The notes under the pieces: model-generated
The model's database searches: none
What the model was told of the DNA's origin: nothing
Seen by the model: the letters and a program-made list of their open reading frames with translations, nothing else
Made by a program: the position numbers and the translations under genes
Assembly (NCBI GenBank): GCA_024720975.1
Contig: JANJXX010000001.1
Coordinates: 314,811-346,810, forward strand
Length of the DNA: 32,000 nucleotides
Origin: Thermoproteota archaeon
Lineage (GTDB): Archaea; Asgardarchaeota; Njordarchaeia; Njordarchaeales; Panguiarchaeaceae
Reading direction: 5' to 3'
Part shown: piece by piece, positions 16,829 to 25,707 of the stretch
Layout: every line of letters begins with the position of its first letter
How positions within the stretch are numbered: position 1 is the first letter of the stretch

Positions 16829-18217
16829 CTAAAACTTAATTTTTTCAACCAAATACGAAGGGAGCAGTTTATTTATTCTCTGTGAATACTCTGTGCTGAA
16901 GTATTTGATGAACTCTGCCTGCGATTGCGTGGAACTCATAGGTATACCATCAGATATCCTCAAAAGTTCATATACTACCCCGAGTAAATTGGTCACGATT
17001 CTTAAAAGTTTAGAGTCACTCAATAAACTCGTTGCAATCCTAATCATCTGTTCACCTGAGGCTATTTGCTCCAGGAACGAAGTTTTTAAGAGGAGCTTAG
17101 GAATCCACACGTAGGCATCTTCAAGTGTCGCACTCCTCATCATTAAGAGTATTACCCTGATTATGTCTAATATCTCAGAAAAGGGAAATATTACTTTTGC
17201 ATTATAGTCATTGATCTTCGCAGATATCTCCTCCAGGGGAATTCCAGAGTCCATTAAATTAAGCACAGTTCTAGTAAGCTTTCGCACAATATCGTTGTTA
17301 TGTACTATGCCCGAGAAAATCGTTGGATATATTCCTAAATTTGATGCACCTAAGAGGAATACAGACTCAGATGGCGACACTAAGAGAAGTGGCCTTCCTA
17401 AAATGATTCTCCTTGAATGTATGTTAACTATACGCCCAACAACACCAAAAGAGTTTTTTATTATATTTGCACTTTCTCTAGGTGTCTTGCTCGTAAGGTA
17501 AGTATTGTAGTATCCCGAGATCAAGATTTTATCATTTTCTAAGCTGAACAAGAAAGCAATTCCCCCCGGAACGGCGAACTCATTGAATACTACATGCAAA
17601 GCTTCCTTGTCTATGGGAATTCTAGTTGATTCTAGCAATGCTTGGTAAAATAAAAAGCTATTATGCCTAAAGAGTTCGTAGCCCTCCCTTTTCATTACTT
17701 CCCTAGTGAGAAACCAATCAAAACCGGAGGAATCAATAATACTGTTGGCCTCAAAAACTTTCGAGCTTCTACCTGCAGCTAAAATTTTGATCGCCTTTTC
17801 CTCTGATTCTTTCTGGATCTTAATAGCCTGAGTCTGCTCGCGTATAAATTCTCCATCTATCAGGCGGGATAGTGCCCATCTGAGAAGTGACATATTCACT
17901 ATAGCAACTGGAATCTCGTATTCAAAAATCGTTCTCCCGTTATAGTCGTGCATTTGAATTAAATCGTAAAAGGCGATTTCTTCAAGTTTATCTATTCCGA
18001 GACTCCTTACCATTTCTTCAAAACTCGAGCCCGGAGAGATAACGTATAAAGATTCTAGCTTGGGATCGTAAGGATCCTTCTCTAGTAGCAGCATCTCTGA
18101 GTGTTCTAATTCGTCCTGCAACAACAAAGTGGCGGTCAATCCTGCTTGACCACCCCCAATTATAACTAACTTCAACAAGATCCCCACATAATAGTGCTTC
18201 AATGAGATGGATAGCAA
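16829..18217 (-). CDS. FAD-dependent oxidoreductase (geranylgeranyl-reductase/monooxygenase-like)
   Basis: LKLVIIGGGQAGLTATLLLQDE Rossmann motif near the N-terminus, ANSIIDSSGFD, VFLLGASNLGIYPTIFSGI. Real start probably around LLKLVIIGGG. Confidence 0.75.
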   Translation of the reverse strand: MLSISLKHYYVGILLKLVIIGGGQAGLTATLLLQDELEHSEMLLLEKDPYDPKLESLYVISPGSSFEEMVRSLGIDKLEEIAFYDLIQMHDYNGRTIFEYEIPVAIVNMSLLRWALSRLIDGEFIREQTQAIKIQKESEEKAIKILAAGRSSKVFEANSIIDSSGFDWFLTREVMKREGYELFRHNSFLFYQALLESTRIPIDKEALHVVFNEFAVPGGIAFLFSLENDKILISGYYNTYLTSKTPRESANIIKNSFGVVGRIVNIHSRRIILGRPLLLVSPSESVFLLGASNLGIYPTIFSGIVHNNDIVRKLTRTVLNLMDSGIPLEEISAKINDYNAKVIFPFSEILDIIRVILLMMRSATLEDAYVWIPKLLLKTSFLEQIASGEQMIRIATSLLSDSKLLRIVTNLLGVVYELLRISDGIPMSSTQSQAEFIKYFSTEYSQRINKLLPSYLVEKIKF

Positions 18218-18254
18218 CTGAGGGATTATTGCAGGAATCTAGAGGAAATTCAAT

Positions 18255-18611
18255 TTATCCTGACTCTTCGGAGACCCGCTCTATTTTCTCGGTTTCTACT
18301 GGACGTAAGTAGTACTTTGCACGAAGTTCCTCAAGCGTTATCCTCTCAAGAACTAATATCTGGTACATAAGCCTAATAACAGCGCCAGCTACTCTGTTTC
18401 TCATTTTCTTCGATCTAATATTGGTCAAGCGTTTGACAGTCTCCTTGTATGAATTAAAGCGAAACTGCCCGGCAAGCAGTGGATTTCCAGTTATTTGTTT
18501 AAGCTCCTCAGCCTTGTCCCATATGTTCTTTAGTAGATCAAAGTAGTTAGCCACCAAATATCGAGCTACATTTTTTACGAATCTCGGCTTAATACGCCCC
18601 AAGAATAACAC
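18255..18611 (-). CDS. rps17e: Ribosomal protein S17e-like (eS17), enlarged
   Basis: GRIKPRFVKNVARYLV ... SKKMRNRVAGAVIRLMYQ matches the two conserved ends of eS17, with about 20 extra residues between them. Confidence 0.65.
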   Translation of the reverse strand: MLFLGRIKPRFVKNVARYLVANYFDLLKNIWDKAEELKQITGNPLLAGQFRFNSYKETVKRLTNIRSKKMRNRVAGAVIRLMYQILVLERITLEELRAKYYLRPVETEKIERVSEESG

Positions 18612-18852
18612 CCAGTTTGTAGCTGCAGCTTATGTCTAAATCCATCCTCTTCTAACTTTAGTAATATTAAAAAAGGTTTTCTCATAAGACAGCTCTTTTA
18701 GGAAATGCTATTTTAACCTTTAAGAAGGATATTCTGGATATCAAAGCTTATGAATAAAAATTACCCTTGAAGTAAAATAACTGGAGAGCTTTGATTTATC
18801 TTTATGGGATTGCGTATCATTATTGAGAAGGGAGACATAGAAGGAGAAAAAC

Positions 18853-19836
18853 ATGTCAGAGGAAAGCATAGAAGAAACTCCTGAGGAAATTCTTATCGAT
18901 GAAAACTTCGTAAAACAAGCGTACGACAGAGTATATAGGGAACTGAAGAAAGCCATAATAGGTATGGATGAAATAATCAAACTTACGTTCATTAGCATCC
19001 TTTCTGGAGGTCACATCCTGCTTGAAGGAATGCCTGGCGTGGGTAAGACATATTTAGCCCAGAACTTTGCAAATTCTATAGGCGCCACCTTTAAGAGAAT
19101 ACAAATGACCCCCGATATGCTACCGGCTGACATACTTGGATCATACATTTACGATCAGAAGGAAGGCACGTTCAAATTCCGTCGTGGGCCTATATTCGCT
19201 AACATAATCCTAGCAGATGAAATTAATAGAGCCCCTCCTAAAACACAGGCTGCTTTATTGGAGGCTATGGAAGAACGCCAAGTAACAATAGAGGGGGTAA
19301 CATATAAACTTCCCGAACCATTCCTTGTAATCGCAACACAAAATCCAGTAGAATTAGAAGGAACGTATCCCCTCCCAGAGGCACAGCTAAGTCGCTTCAT
19401 GATGTATCTGTTTATAGATTACCCCACCGAGGAAGAAGAGTTAGAAATTTTAAAACTTAAACTTAAAACTACAAAACGAGTCTTAACTAGCCAAGTAATA
19501 AGTTCGAGAACCATCCTAGAAATGCAAAAGTTTTTGCAAACCAAAGTTGATGTCAGCGAAGAGATTCTTAGATACATAAAAGACATTATCATGGCGATTA
19601 GGAGAGACTCTCGAGTATTATTTGGCTGTTCTCCAAGAGAATCAATATCACTACTGCTAGCATCGAAAGCCCATGCTCTCATAAATGGGCGCGCGTATGT
19701 TGTACCTGATGATGTGAAAGCCGTTGCTCCGTTTACATTACCTCATCGCGTATTCCTAAAACCTGAGGTTGAACTTGGAGGAGTTAAACCAATAGATATC
19801 ATAACGACGGCTCTTGAGAGCGTCCCTAGTCCGTAG
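18853..19836 (+). CDS. MoxR-type AAA+ ATPase
   Basis: GHILLEGMPGVGKTYLAQ, IILADEINRAPPKTQAALLEAMEERQVT, IATQNPVELEGTYPLPEAQLSRFM. Confidence 0.95.
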   Translation: MSEESIEETPEEILIDENFVKQAYDRVYRELKKAIIGMDEIIKLTFISILSGGHILLEGMPGVGKTYLAQNFANSIGATFKRIQMTPDMLPADILGSYIYDQKEGTFKFRRGPIFANIILADEINRAPPKTQAALLEAMEERQVTIEGVTYKLPEPFLVIATQNPVELEGTYPLPEAQLSRFMMYLFIDYPTEEEELEILKLKLKTTKRVLTSQVISSRTILEMQKFLQTKVDVSEEILRYIKDIIMAIRRDSRVLFGCSPRESISLLLASKAHALINGRAYVVPDDVKAVAPFTLPHRVFLKPEVELGGVKPIDIITTALESVPSP

Positions 19837-19845
19837 ATATAGTGC

Positions 19846-21138
19846 CTATACAGTGAAATTCTGTAAATTGGAACCTACGAAGTACTTTCTGACTATCGCG
19901 AGGTAGTAGTTATTCATCTCACGAAATATACGAGCAGTTTCAATAGAGCTGCTTTTCCTTCTACCAAGCAGCAACTGGACTAAATTCTCCTTTGCTATTT
20001 CCCTTAAGACAATGGTTGCAAATGAACCTTTAGGCAATGAAAACATAACCAAATAATCTCTCCCTCCCTCCTTCCTAAGCGCGGGATCCTTCAGCAATAT
20101 TCTACTCACTCTAAATCCACCCCGCGATATTTCTAACTTGGCGCAAGTCACCTTAAAATCCTTCGGTGAAATGCCCTCTCCATCAAGTATTTCCTTTATA
20201 GCCGATGCTGTCTTGCTGTCAAGGGTTTCAAGATTTAGCTTATGGCCGACGAGCGGCAGCTTCCTCGGCGGATCTTCTAACTCGCTCAAGAGTAAGTTAA
20301 ATAGAAAAGACTGATACGCCTCAACGACTAGTCTAAGCAAACCTTGTGGCATGTAGCGTAATATTTTTATTGGATCCACTCCTTTTGTAAGGCCCCTTAG
20401 TACTAATCGTTCAAGCCAAAATTTTCGCGCTGGCAAAAGTTTCAACGCGTCTCCATACTTACGCTCCTCTAAGAGATCTATAAACGCTTCTCTGTTAGGG
20501 AATAGTGGATTTACTTCCCTGAGAAAAGTCATCAACGCCTCCTCATACAGCCCCAGAAGTATCATTTTGCCTACAATATGATTTGTAGGCTTCCAGATCC
20601 CGAACCTTTGATGCCCGAAGAAATTAAGAATTTGCTCCTTTACGATTTCATGGAATACATCTTCTAAGCAGCCTACAACATTTCGAAGTCGTATTCTAAA
20701 CCTATTTCCTTGATGATCACCAATGGAGATTCTCCTAAGCTCGCGGATTGGGTTGTAAATTTTCATGTTTTTAGGAAGTTTCAATGACACTAGATTCTCT
20801 GGAGGGACGTTAAACACGCAAGCACGCTGAGCTGTAAGGGCCTCTTTATCCTTTAGACCACTTAGGAAGAAAAAGTTAGACGGTACATTAAGTCTCTTGG
20901 ATAGGATTTTTATAGCGATAAGCGTGTCCATGTTGCGTTTGACCAGAATGAAGTGTGTAAATAGTCCCGGATAACCGCTAGGTCTTAGCTTTGGATCATC
21001 AACGGATATTATTGTTCCATCTTTAAGAATTTCTTCTACTATGAAGTCATCTACGCAGTGCAATTCAGCATATATCGCTTTAGTAGATTCAGTTGAATAC
21101 TTATGAATACCACATATGTGATCCAGAGCACTAGCCAT
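19846..21138 (-). CDS. truD: tRNA pseudouridine(13) synthase TruD
   Basis: DDFIVEEI, FFFLSGLKDKEALTAQ, GDHQGNRFRIRLRNV, ILNFFGHQRFG, LPLVGHK. Confidence 0.93.
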   Translation of the reverse strand: MASALDHICGIHKYSTESTKAIYAELHCVDDFIVEEILKDGTIISVDDPKLRPSGYPGLFTHFILVKRNMDTLIAIKILSKRLNVPSNFFFLSGLKDKEALTAQRACVFNVPPENLVSLKLPKNMKIYNPIRELRRISIGDHQGNRFRIRLRNVVGCLEDVFHEIVKEQILNFFGHQRFGIWKPTNHIVGKMILLGLYEEALMTFLREVNPLFPNREAFIDLLEERKYGDALKLLPARKFWLERLVLRGLTKGVDPIKILRYMPQGLLRLVVEAYQSFLFNLLLSELEDPPRKLPLVGHKLNLETLDSKTASAIKEILDGEGISPKDFKVTCAKLEISRGGFRVSRILLKDPALRKEGGRDYLVMFSLPKGSFATIVLREIAKENLVQLLLGRRKSSSIETARIFREMNNYYLAIVRKYFVGSNLQNFTV

Positions 21139-21144
21139 CCTGTG

Positions 21145-21528
21145 TTACCAATCCTTAAGCAGAGGCAAATCGCCTGATACTTTATCAATTTGATTTTCAA
21201 ACCATGGTCCAAGTACTAGAACGGTTACTGTCCCTGGCGGAATTTCTGTTAAGCCTGCGTCGGTTATTATTGCCGAGGGAACGCCTATAATCTTCGACTT
21301 TTCATATCTATTCAGAAGCTCTCTCAAATTTTCAACGAGTAGCACTACCTTCTTCTGACCTTGTTTGATCCATAGCTCACTGATTTCTGGCCTTATTTTT
21401 TGTACAACAAGGAATCCTTCAATTGCAGCATGTGCTACATGTGCAGCTAATTTACCTACTGATAAACCCAGTGATTTTAAATCCTTCCTGACAATTATTA
21501 CTTGCTTTATTGGTGTTGTTGCTAACAT
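21145..21528 (-). CDS. pth2: Peptidyl-tRNA hydrolase, archaeal Pth2 type
   Basis: KQVIIVRKDLKSLGLSVGKLAAHVAHAAIEG ... ITDAGLTEIPPGTVTVLVLGP. Confidence 0.96.
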   Translation of the reverse strand: MLATTPIKQVIIVRKDLKSLGLSVGKLAAHVAHAAIEGFLVVQKIRPEISELWIKQGQKKVVLLVENLRELLNRYEKSKIIGVPSAIITDAGLTEIPPGTVTVLVLGPWFENQIDKVSGDLPLLKDW

Positions 21529-21554
21529 CTATGAAACACCTAAACGTGATTTCA

Positions 21555-22115
21555 ATGCATATAATAGATCTCAAGAGGAATCTATTGAGAGCATATATCT
21601 GGTATTTATTAGAAGAAGTCACAGTAATTCCAAGAAAAGATTACACACTAAACTTACTTGATTCCCAGATATCCCTAGTAGTTGGAGAAGAAAAAAAGCT
21701 TCCACGTTTTGTAGCAAGAATTCTGGAGAAGAAAGACATCGTTAAAATCTCAGATGAGCCTCAACGAACTGCGGTTATAAGCGATTTAATAAGGCTAAGT
21801 CAACAAGGTTCGCAATTACAACTACAAGCTCTTGAAGGAAATTTCTATATGCGCCTTGCAGAAGCATTACCAAAGCTAAGCTCAACTCAACTTAATGAAT
21901 TAAAACCATGCTTAGAGGCGCTAGTTAGCAAGCGACTGCTAAGGATTATTCACCGATTCCACACCCGAAACTTGGAAGGATTAGATCTTTTAGAACAAAT
22001 GCTTCTAAAGTCGGTGCTAAAGCTTTTAGATGAATTTAGTACAACGATTCTGGAGGATTTAATGAATGTAGAAAGCAACTTACTTAAATGGATAGAAGGA
22101 CAGTCTTCTAAATGA
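21555..22115 (+). CDS. GINS complex subunit-like protein (Gins23-like architecture)
   Basis: Short N-terminal domain ending KKLPRFVARILEKKDIVKI, then a helical region with LEALVSKRLLRIIHRFHTRNLEGLDLLEQMLLKSVLKLLDEF, as in GINS A-domains. The ORF track begins at 21510. Confidence 0.55.
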   Translation: MHIIDLKRNLLRAYIWYLLEEVTVIPRKDYTLNLLDSQISLVVGEEKKLPRFVARILEKKDIVKISDEPQRTAVISDLIRLSQQGSQLQLQALEGNFYMRLAEALPKLSSTQLNELKPCLEALVSKRLLRIIHRFHTRNLEGLDLLEQMLLKSVLKLLDEFSTTILEDLMNVESNLLKWIEGQSSK

Positions 22116-22128
22116 TTAGATGCTATAG

Positions 22129-22698
22129 CTATTTAAGCTCGATAACGTGAAGATCCTCGTAAATAGGCCCCCTGCTTGTTAACGTACTTTTTTTAATTTT
22201 CACACTGTTTATTAGTAAACTACCTATTTCGACATTTGACAGATTCTTGATTTCATTCACCAGCTTAGAATTATATTTCTTAACACGAGCTAGTGTTATG
22301 TGAGGAGAAAACTCTTTTTCCTCCTTTCGAAATCCATGTCTGGGCAAATTTTTTCGAAGACAATTAGCTATTTGAGACAAAATTTCCTGTCCATATTTCA
22401 TTCCGACCCACACGACTCTAGGGCTTGAAAATTTAGGAAACGCGCCCACCCCTGCTAGGTAAATTTCAAAACTACCTGTGCCTTTGCAACATGATTCAAC
22501 TATTTCCTTTACTAGTCCAATTTTTTCCTCGGGTATTTCACCAAGAAAATACAATGTTAAATGAATATTTTCGGGCTCGACCGGCTTCATTGTAGCTCCT
22601 GTTGCCACGAGTCTTTTTTGCAACTCAATTAATTTTAAGACTACATCCTTCGAATTTATATCAATCGCTACAAAAGTGCGAATCAAAGTTACCACCAT
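22129..22698 (-). CDS. thpR: RNA 2',3'-cyclic phosphodiesterase / 2'-5' RNA ligase family
   Basis: Two HxT motifs, IHLTLYFLGEIP and PHITLARVK. Confidence 0.93.
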   Translation of the reverse strand: MVVTLIRTFVAIDINSKDVVLKLIELQKRLVATGATMKPVEPENIHLTLYFLGEIPEEKIGLVKEIVESCCKGTGSFEIYLAGVGAFPKFSSPRVVWVGMKYGQEILSQIANCLRKNLPRHGFRKEEKEFSPHITLARVKKYNSKLVNEIKNLSNVEIGSLLINSVKIKKSTLTSRGPIYEDLHVIELK

Positions 22699-22752
22699 AA
22701 GCTTATAATCCTGGAATCTTGTGATGATGCAATAATAATTAAAACCATTTTA

Positions 22753-24204
22753 ATGAGCTTTAGTAGGGTGCCTGATATGACAAGCAAATACCACTTTGCC
22801 ATGGCAGTGCTAATGGCGTTAATCATCTTAATTTCATCAACAATATTGCAAGTTGATGTAGTTACTAGAGATGCCAAGGCAATAAACATCTTGCGAAACA
22901 AGCAAGGTTACAACCCCTTAATCGCAATATACACTGAAGGCAAGCCTGAACTTTCTATTACTGATTACTCAGACCTACTAGCTATAATTGATGGTCTTGG
23001 TTTGCGCTACAAAAACATCTCTAAACTATCATTCATTGAGCTAGCAAATACGACTTCGCTATTATTGCTGGGACAACGCGAATTCAGTGACGCCGATATA
23101 GACACGCTAACGAAATATGTCATGCTATCCGGGGGGTCAATCTTATACCTTGTACCAACTAATTTAACCGAGAGTTCTAAAAAGTTCCTAAAACTATTTG
23201 GAATACAACCACTTGGCATCGCTTATGACAATGTTTCGCATTATGAGAATGATAGTAGGATAATAATTCTTAACAAAACTTGGCATACAGAATCTCACTT
23301 GATGCGGGATCTAGAATCGATAATCGTCGCTAATGCATCTGCTTTAAATCTAACTAGTAGCCTTGACATTCTTACTAACTTCAATCTAACGAACACCTTA
23401 AATATTTCGGACAACAGAAGTGTGCCGCTAGTGTATTCATCTCCGTTAATTTGGGGTGGCAACAACACCACAGTCGAGTACAAAAAGGGCTATTATCTCT
23501 ATGGACCTAACGTAACGCTTGGTGTTTCAATAAAACTCTGGTCTGGGAGCCGGGTACTTGTTATCTCATCTCCTCACACGTTCGCTAATAGATACATAAG
23601 GCTGCCTCAATTTGATAATGAAAAGTTACTGAAGAATACTATTCGGTGGCTCATCAAAGACCTTGAGAGTATTAGAATAGCAACGGAAAGTCGTTCTCCA
23701 GAGGATGGTCTCGTATATTTAGCTAGTGGTGTTGGTCATATAAGCGCGACCTTTCGAGTCACTATAGGAGGTTTGGATTATCAAAGCAACTTGGAAGGTA
23801 GCAATAAAACTCTGATTTCAGAGCTTGGTCTAAATCTGTTAGCCGGTATAGAGTATTTAGGTATACTGACTAGGCTGTTTGATCCGAAAATAGTAAACGA
23901 AACTTACAACACTACAACCAAAGAGGCGCAACTCGTTGTGGAGGCTGCAACGAACGTTTCATATGAAAGATCCGTAGTAGTATACCTGCGCTTAGTCGTA
24001 TTTAATGACCAGTATGGTTTCTTTTGGAGTGAAAGGATAAGATTTGAAATTTTGATTCCAAGGGTATTACTCGGAAAGTTTCATCCCGTAGTTTTAATAG
24101 CTGCGATTGCAATTGCATTTAATGTTGTTCTAGCAATTCTGTTGTATCCCCACGCAAAGAAATACAAGCAAAGTGTCAAAGAATTTGAAAAGAAAATACA
24201 ATGA
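22753..24204 (+). CDS. Membrane-anchored ectodomain protein, DUF4350/GATase1-like region, unknown function
   Basis: N-terminal hydrophobic segment, ectodomain rich in NxS/T with DIDTLTKYVMLSGGSILYLVP, C-terminal TM (VVLIAAIAIAFNVVLAILLY) and charged tail. Confidence 0.75.
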   Translation: MSFSRVPDMTSKYHFAMAVLMALIILISSTILQVDVVTRDAKAINILRNKQGYNPLIAIYTEGKPELSITDYSDLLAIIDGLGLRYKNISKLSFIELANTTSLLLLGQREFSDADIDTLTKYVMLSGGSILYLVPTNLTESSKKFLKLFGIQPLGIAYDNVSHYENDSRIIILNKTWHTESHLMRDLESIIVANASALNLTSSLDILTNFNLTNTLNISDNRSVPLVYSSPLIWGGNNTTVEYKKGYYLYGPNVTLGVSIKLWSGSRVLVISSPHTFANRYIRLPQFDNEKLLKNTIRWLIKDLESIRIATESRSPEDGLVYLASGVGHISATFRVTIGGLDYQSNLEGSNKTLISELGLNLLAGIEYLGILTRLFDPKIVNETYNTTTKEAQLVVEAATNVSYERSVVVYLRLVVFNDQYGFFWSERIRFEILIPRVLLGKFHPVVLIAAIAIAFNVVLAILLYPHAKKYKQSVKEFEKKIQ

Positions 24205-24221
24205 GAACATGAGACCTTTAT

Positions 24222-25256
24222 CTAACCTCTCTTACGAATCTGTTTTAGCGCCTCAGCTATACTAATCTCTTTTTTCCTCTTTGGCTGTAATTTTCTTTCG
24301 CGCTGAATTATCAGTAAGCCAAGGCCAATTATAACAACGCCTGTGCCTATAAGAGTTACTGAGACGAGTTCTAGCGAAATTGTACCAGGTTTTTCTTTAG
24401 CCGGTTTCAGTAGAGATAATACAACATCAACCCAGAATTTTTTATTGTCACCTAGATCAATCCAGGGCTTCTGATAAATCACATTTTCGATATCGCTAAC
24501 ACTAATGGCGAAGCCAAATAATGCAACATAACCCTGACCATATTTCCCAATATAGAATAAAACGCCACCGCTTTCAAAGTACAAAACAGTACTTCCACTT
24601 AGACAATACACCCACTTTGGAGGAACTATAGCTGGAGTTTCATTTAGATCTTTAGTTTTTATGGTGAATATTGTTGTTTGGAGAATGAGATTATACTCCT
24701 TCTTTCGTAGGTAGTTAAACTTTAGAGCATTGGTAAAGTACTTCGAGGAATTCACTCGGAGAAAACTATCGTTGGAGAGAGGATCTATGCAACGCAATCC
24801 TATACCCCCGGCTGTATAATTTAACTTGGGTCTCTCTTCTAACGGCAGACTTGATAAAAGGTCATCAAATATTATCGGGTCCATGTTGTATTCACGGTCT
24901 GGATCGTGATCCAGTGCTAGCAGTATCAGGATTCCACCTCGGTAAACGTACTTTCTAATGACTTCTAGCTCTTCGTCTGAGAATGTTTTATTAAAGGGCG
25001 GTATTATGAATGCAGCTACGCCAGAGAGCGTACTTTCACTCAATGTACTATTATTGTAGAATATTCTAGCGCGACTGTTTAAGCTCTCATTCAAAGCATA
25101 GAAGGCTCTGGTAAAATTGAGTATCACCGGATTGTGGTTAATATCGACAACTATAGCAAAATCACTTGGCTCCTCAGATTGCGTACTAGTAACGAGTGCG
25201 CTAGCCGTTAAGATAACTAGGATTAAGATTGGATTTAGAGGCTTCATTTTAATCAC
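24222..25256 (-). CDS. Membrane-anchored ectodomain protein, DUF4350/GATase1-like region, unknown function
   Basis: Signal-peptide-like N-terminus, SDEELEVIRKYVYRGGILILLALDHD, C-terminal TM (LVSVTLIGTGVVIIGLGLLII) and basic tail; same layout as the convergent neighbour. Confidence 0.75.
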   Translation of the reverse strand: MIKMKPLNPILILVILTASALVTSTQSEEPSDFAIVVDINHNPVILNFTRAFYALNESLNSRARIFYNNSTLSESTLSGVAAFIIPPFNKTFSDEELEVIRKYVYRGGILILLALDHDPDREYNMDPIIFDDLLSSLPLEERPKLNYTAGGIGLRCIDPLSNDSFLRVNSSKYFTNALKFNYLRKKEYNLILQTTIFTIKTKDLNETPAIVPPKWVYCLSGSTVLYFESGGVLFYIGKYGQGYVALFGFAISVSDIENVIYQKPWIDLGDNKKFWVDVVLSLLKPAKEKPGTISLELVSVTLIGTGVVIIGLGLLIIQRERKLQPKRKKEISIAEALKQIRKRG

Positions 25257-25335
25257 AGCGTGATTCTTTCGGTAGTGTAGGAGCTCACATTCATTATGAA
25301 TTTACGAGAAAGCCAATTTTACTTTCATATGCCAG

Positions 25336-25581
25336 TTAATAATAATACTCCTCAATAACCTCTCCATCTATCTTTGCCTTACCACCTGTTGGCTGTACTA
25401 TTAACTTCCCACAGTTCGGACATGAAACTTTAGTCGAAGCGTGGGAAAATGTTACAATTGTGTAACCGCAGTTTTTACAACGGACTTTTAGAAAGGTGCT
25501 TCGCGGGAATCTAGCTATTTTTCTCTCCTCCTCAGTAAGCTCTTCGAGTATCTTCTGTATTTCGTGGGCCATAATCATCAC
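25336..25581 (-). CDS. rps27e: 30S ribosomal protein S27e (eS27)
   Basis: FLKVRCKNCGYTIVTFSHASTKVSCPNCGKLIVQPTGGKAKIDGEVIE zinc ribbon. Confidence 0.93.
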   Translation of the reverse strand: MMIMAHEIQKILEELTEEERKIARFPRSTFLKVRCKNCGYTIVTFSHASTKVSCPNCGKLIVQPTGGKAKIDGEVIEEYYY

Positions 25582-25707
25582 CTCAGATATTTATTTTTTC
25601 GTCATTTTTCGGAGGATCACCTCTTCATCATGATGTTTTAGTCATTCTGCTATATGGAACCTTATCATGAGCTATAAGTTTACTTAATTATGTTGAACTT
25701 ATATAAA

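Noticed and set aside
18741-18998. Minus-strand 85-aa ORF upstream of and overlapping the MoxR gene
   Set aside because: Overlaps the MoxR N-terminus antisense; no recognisable motif.
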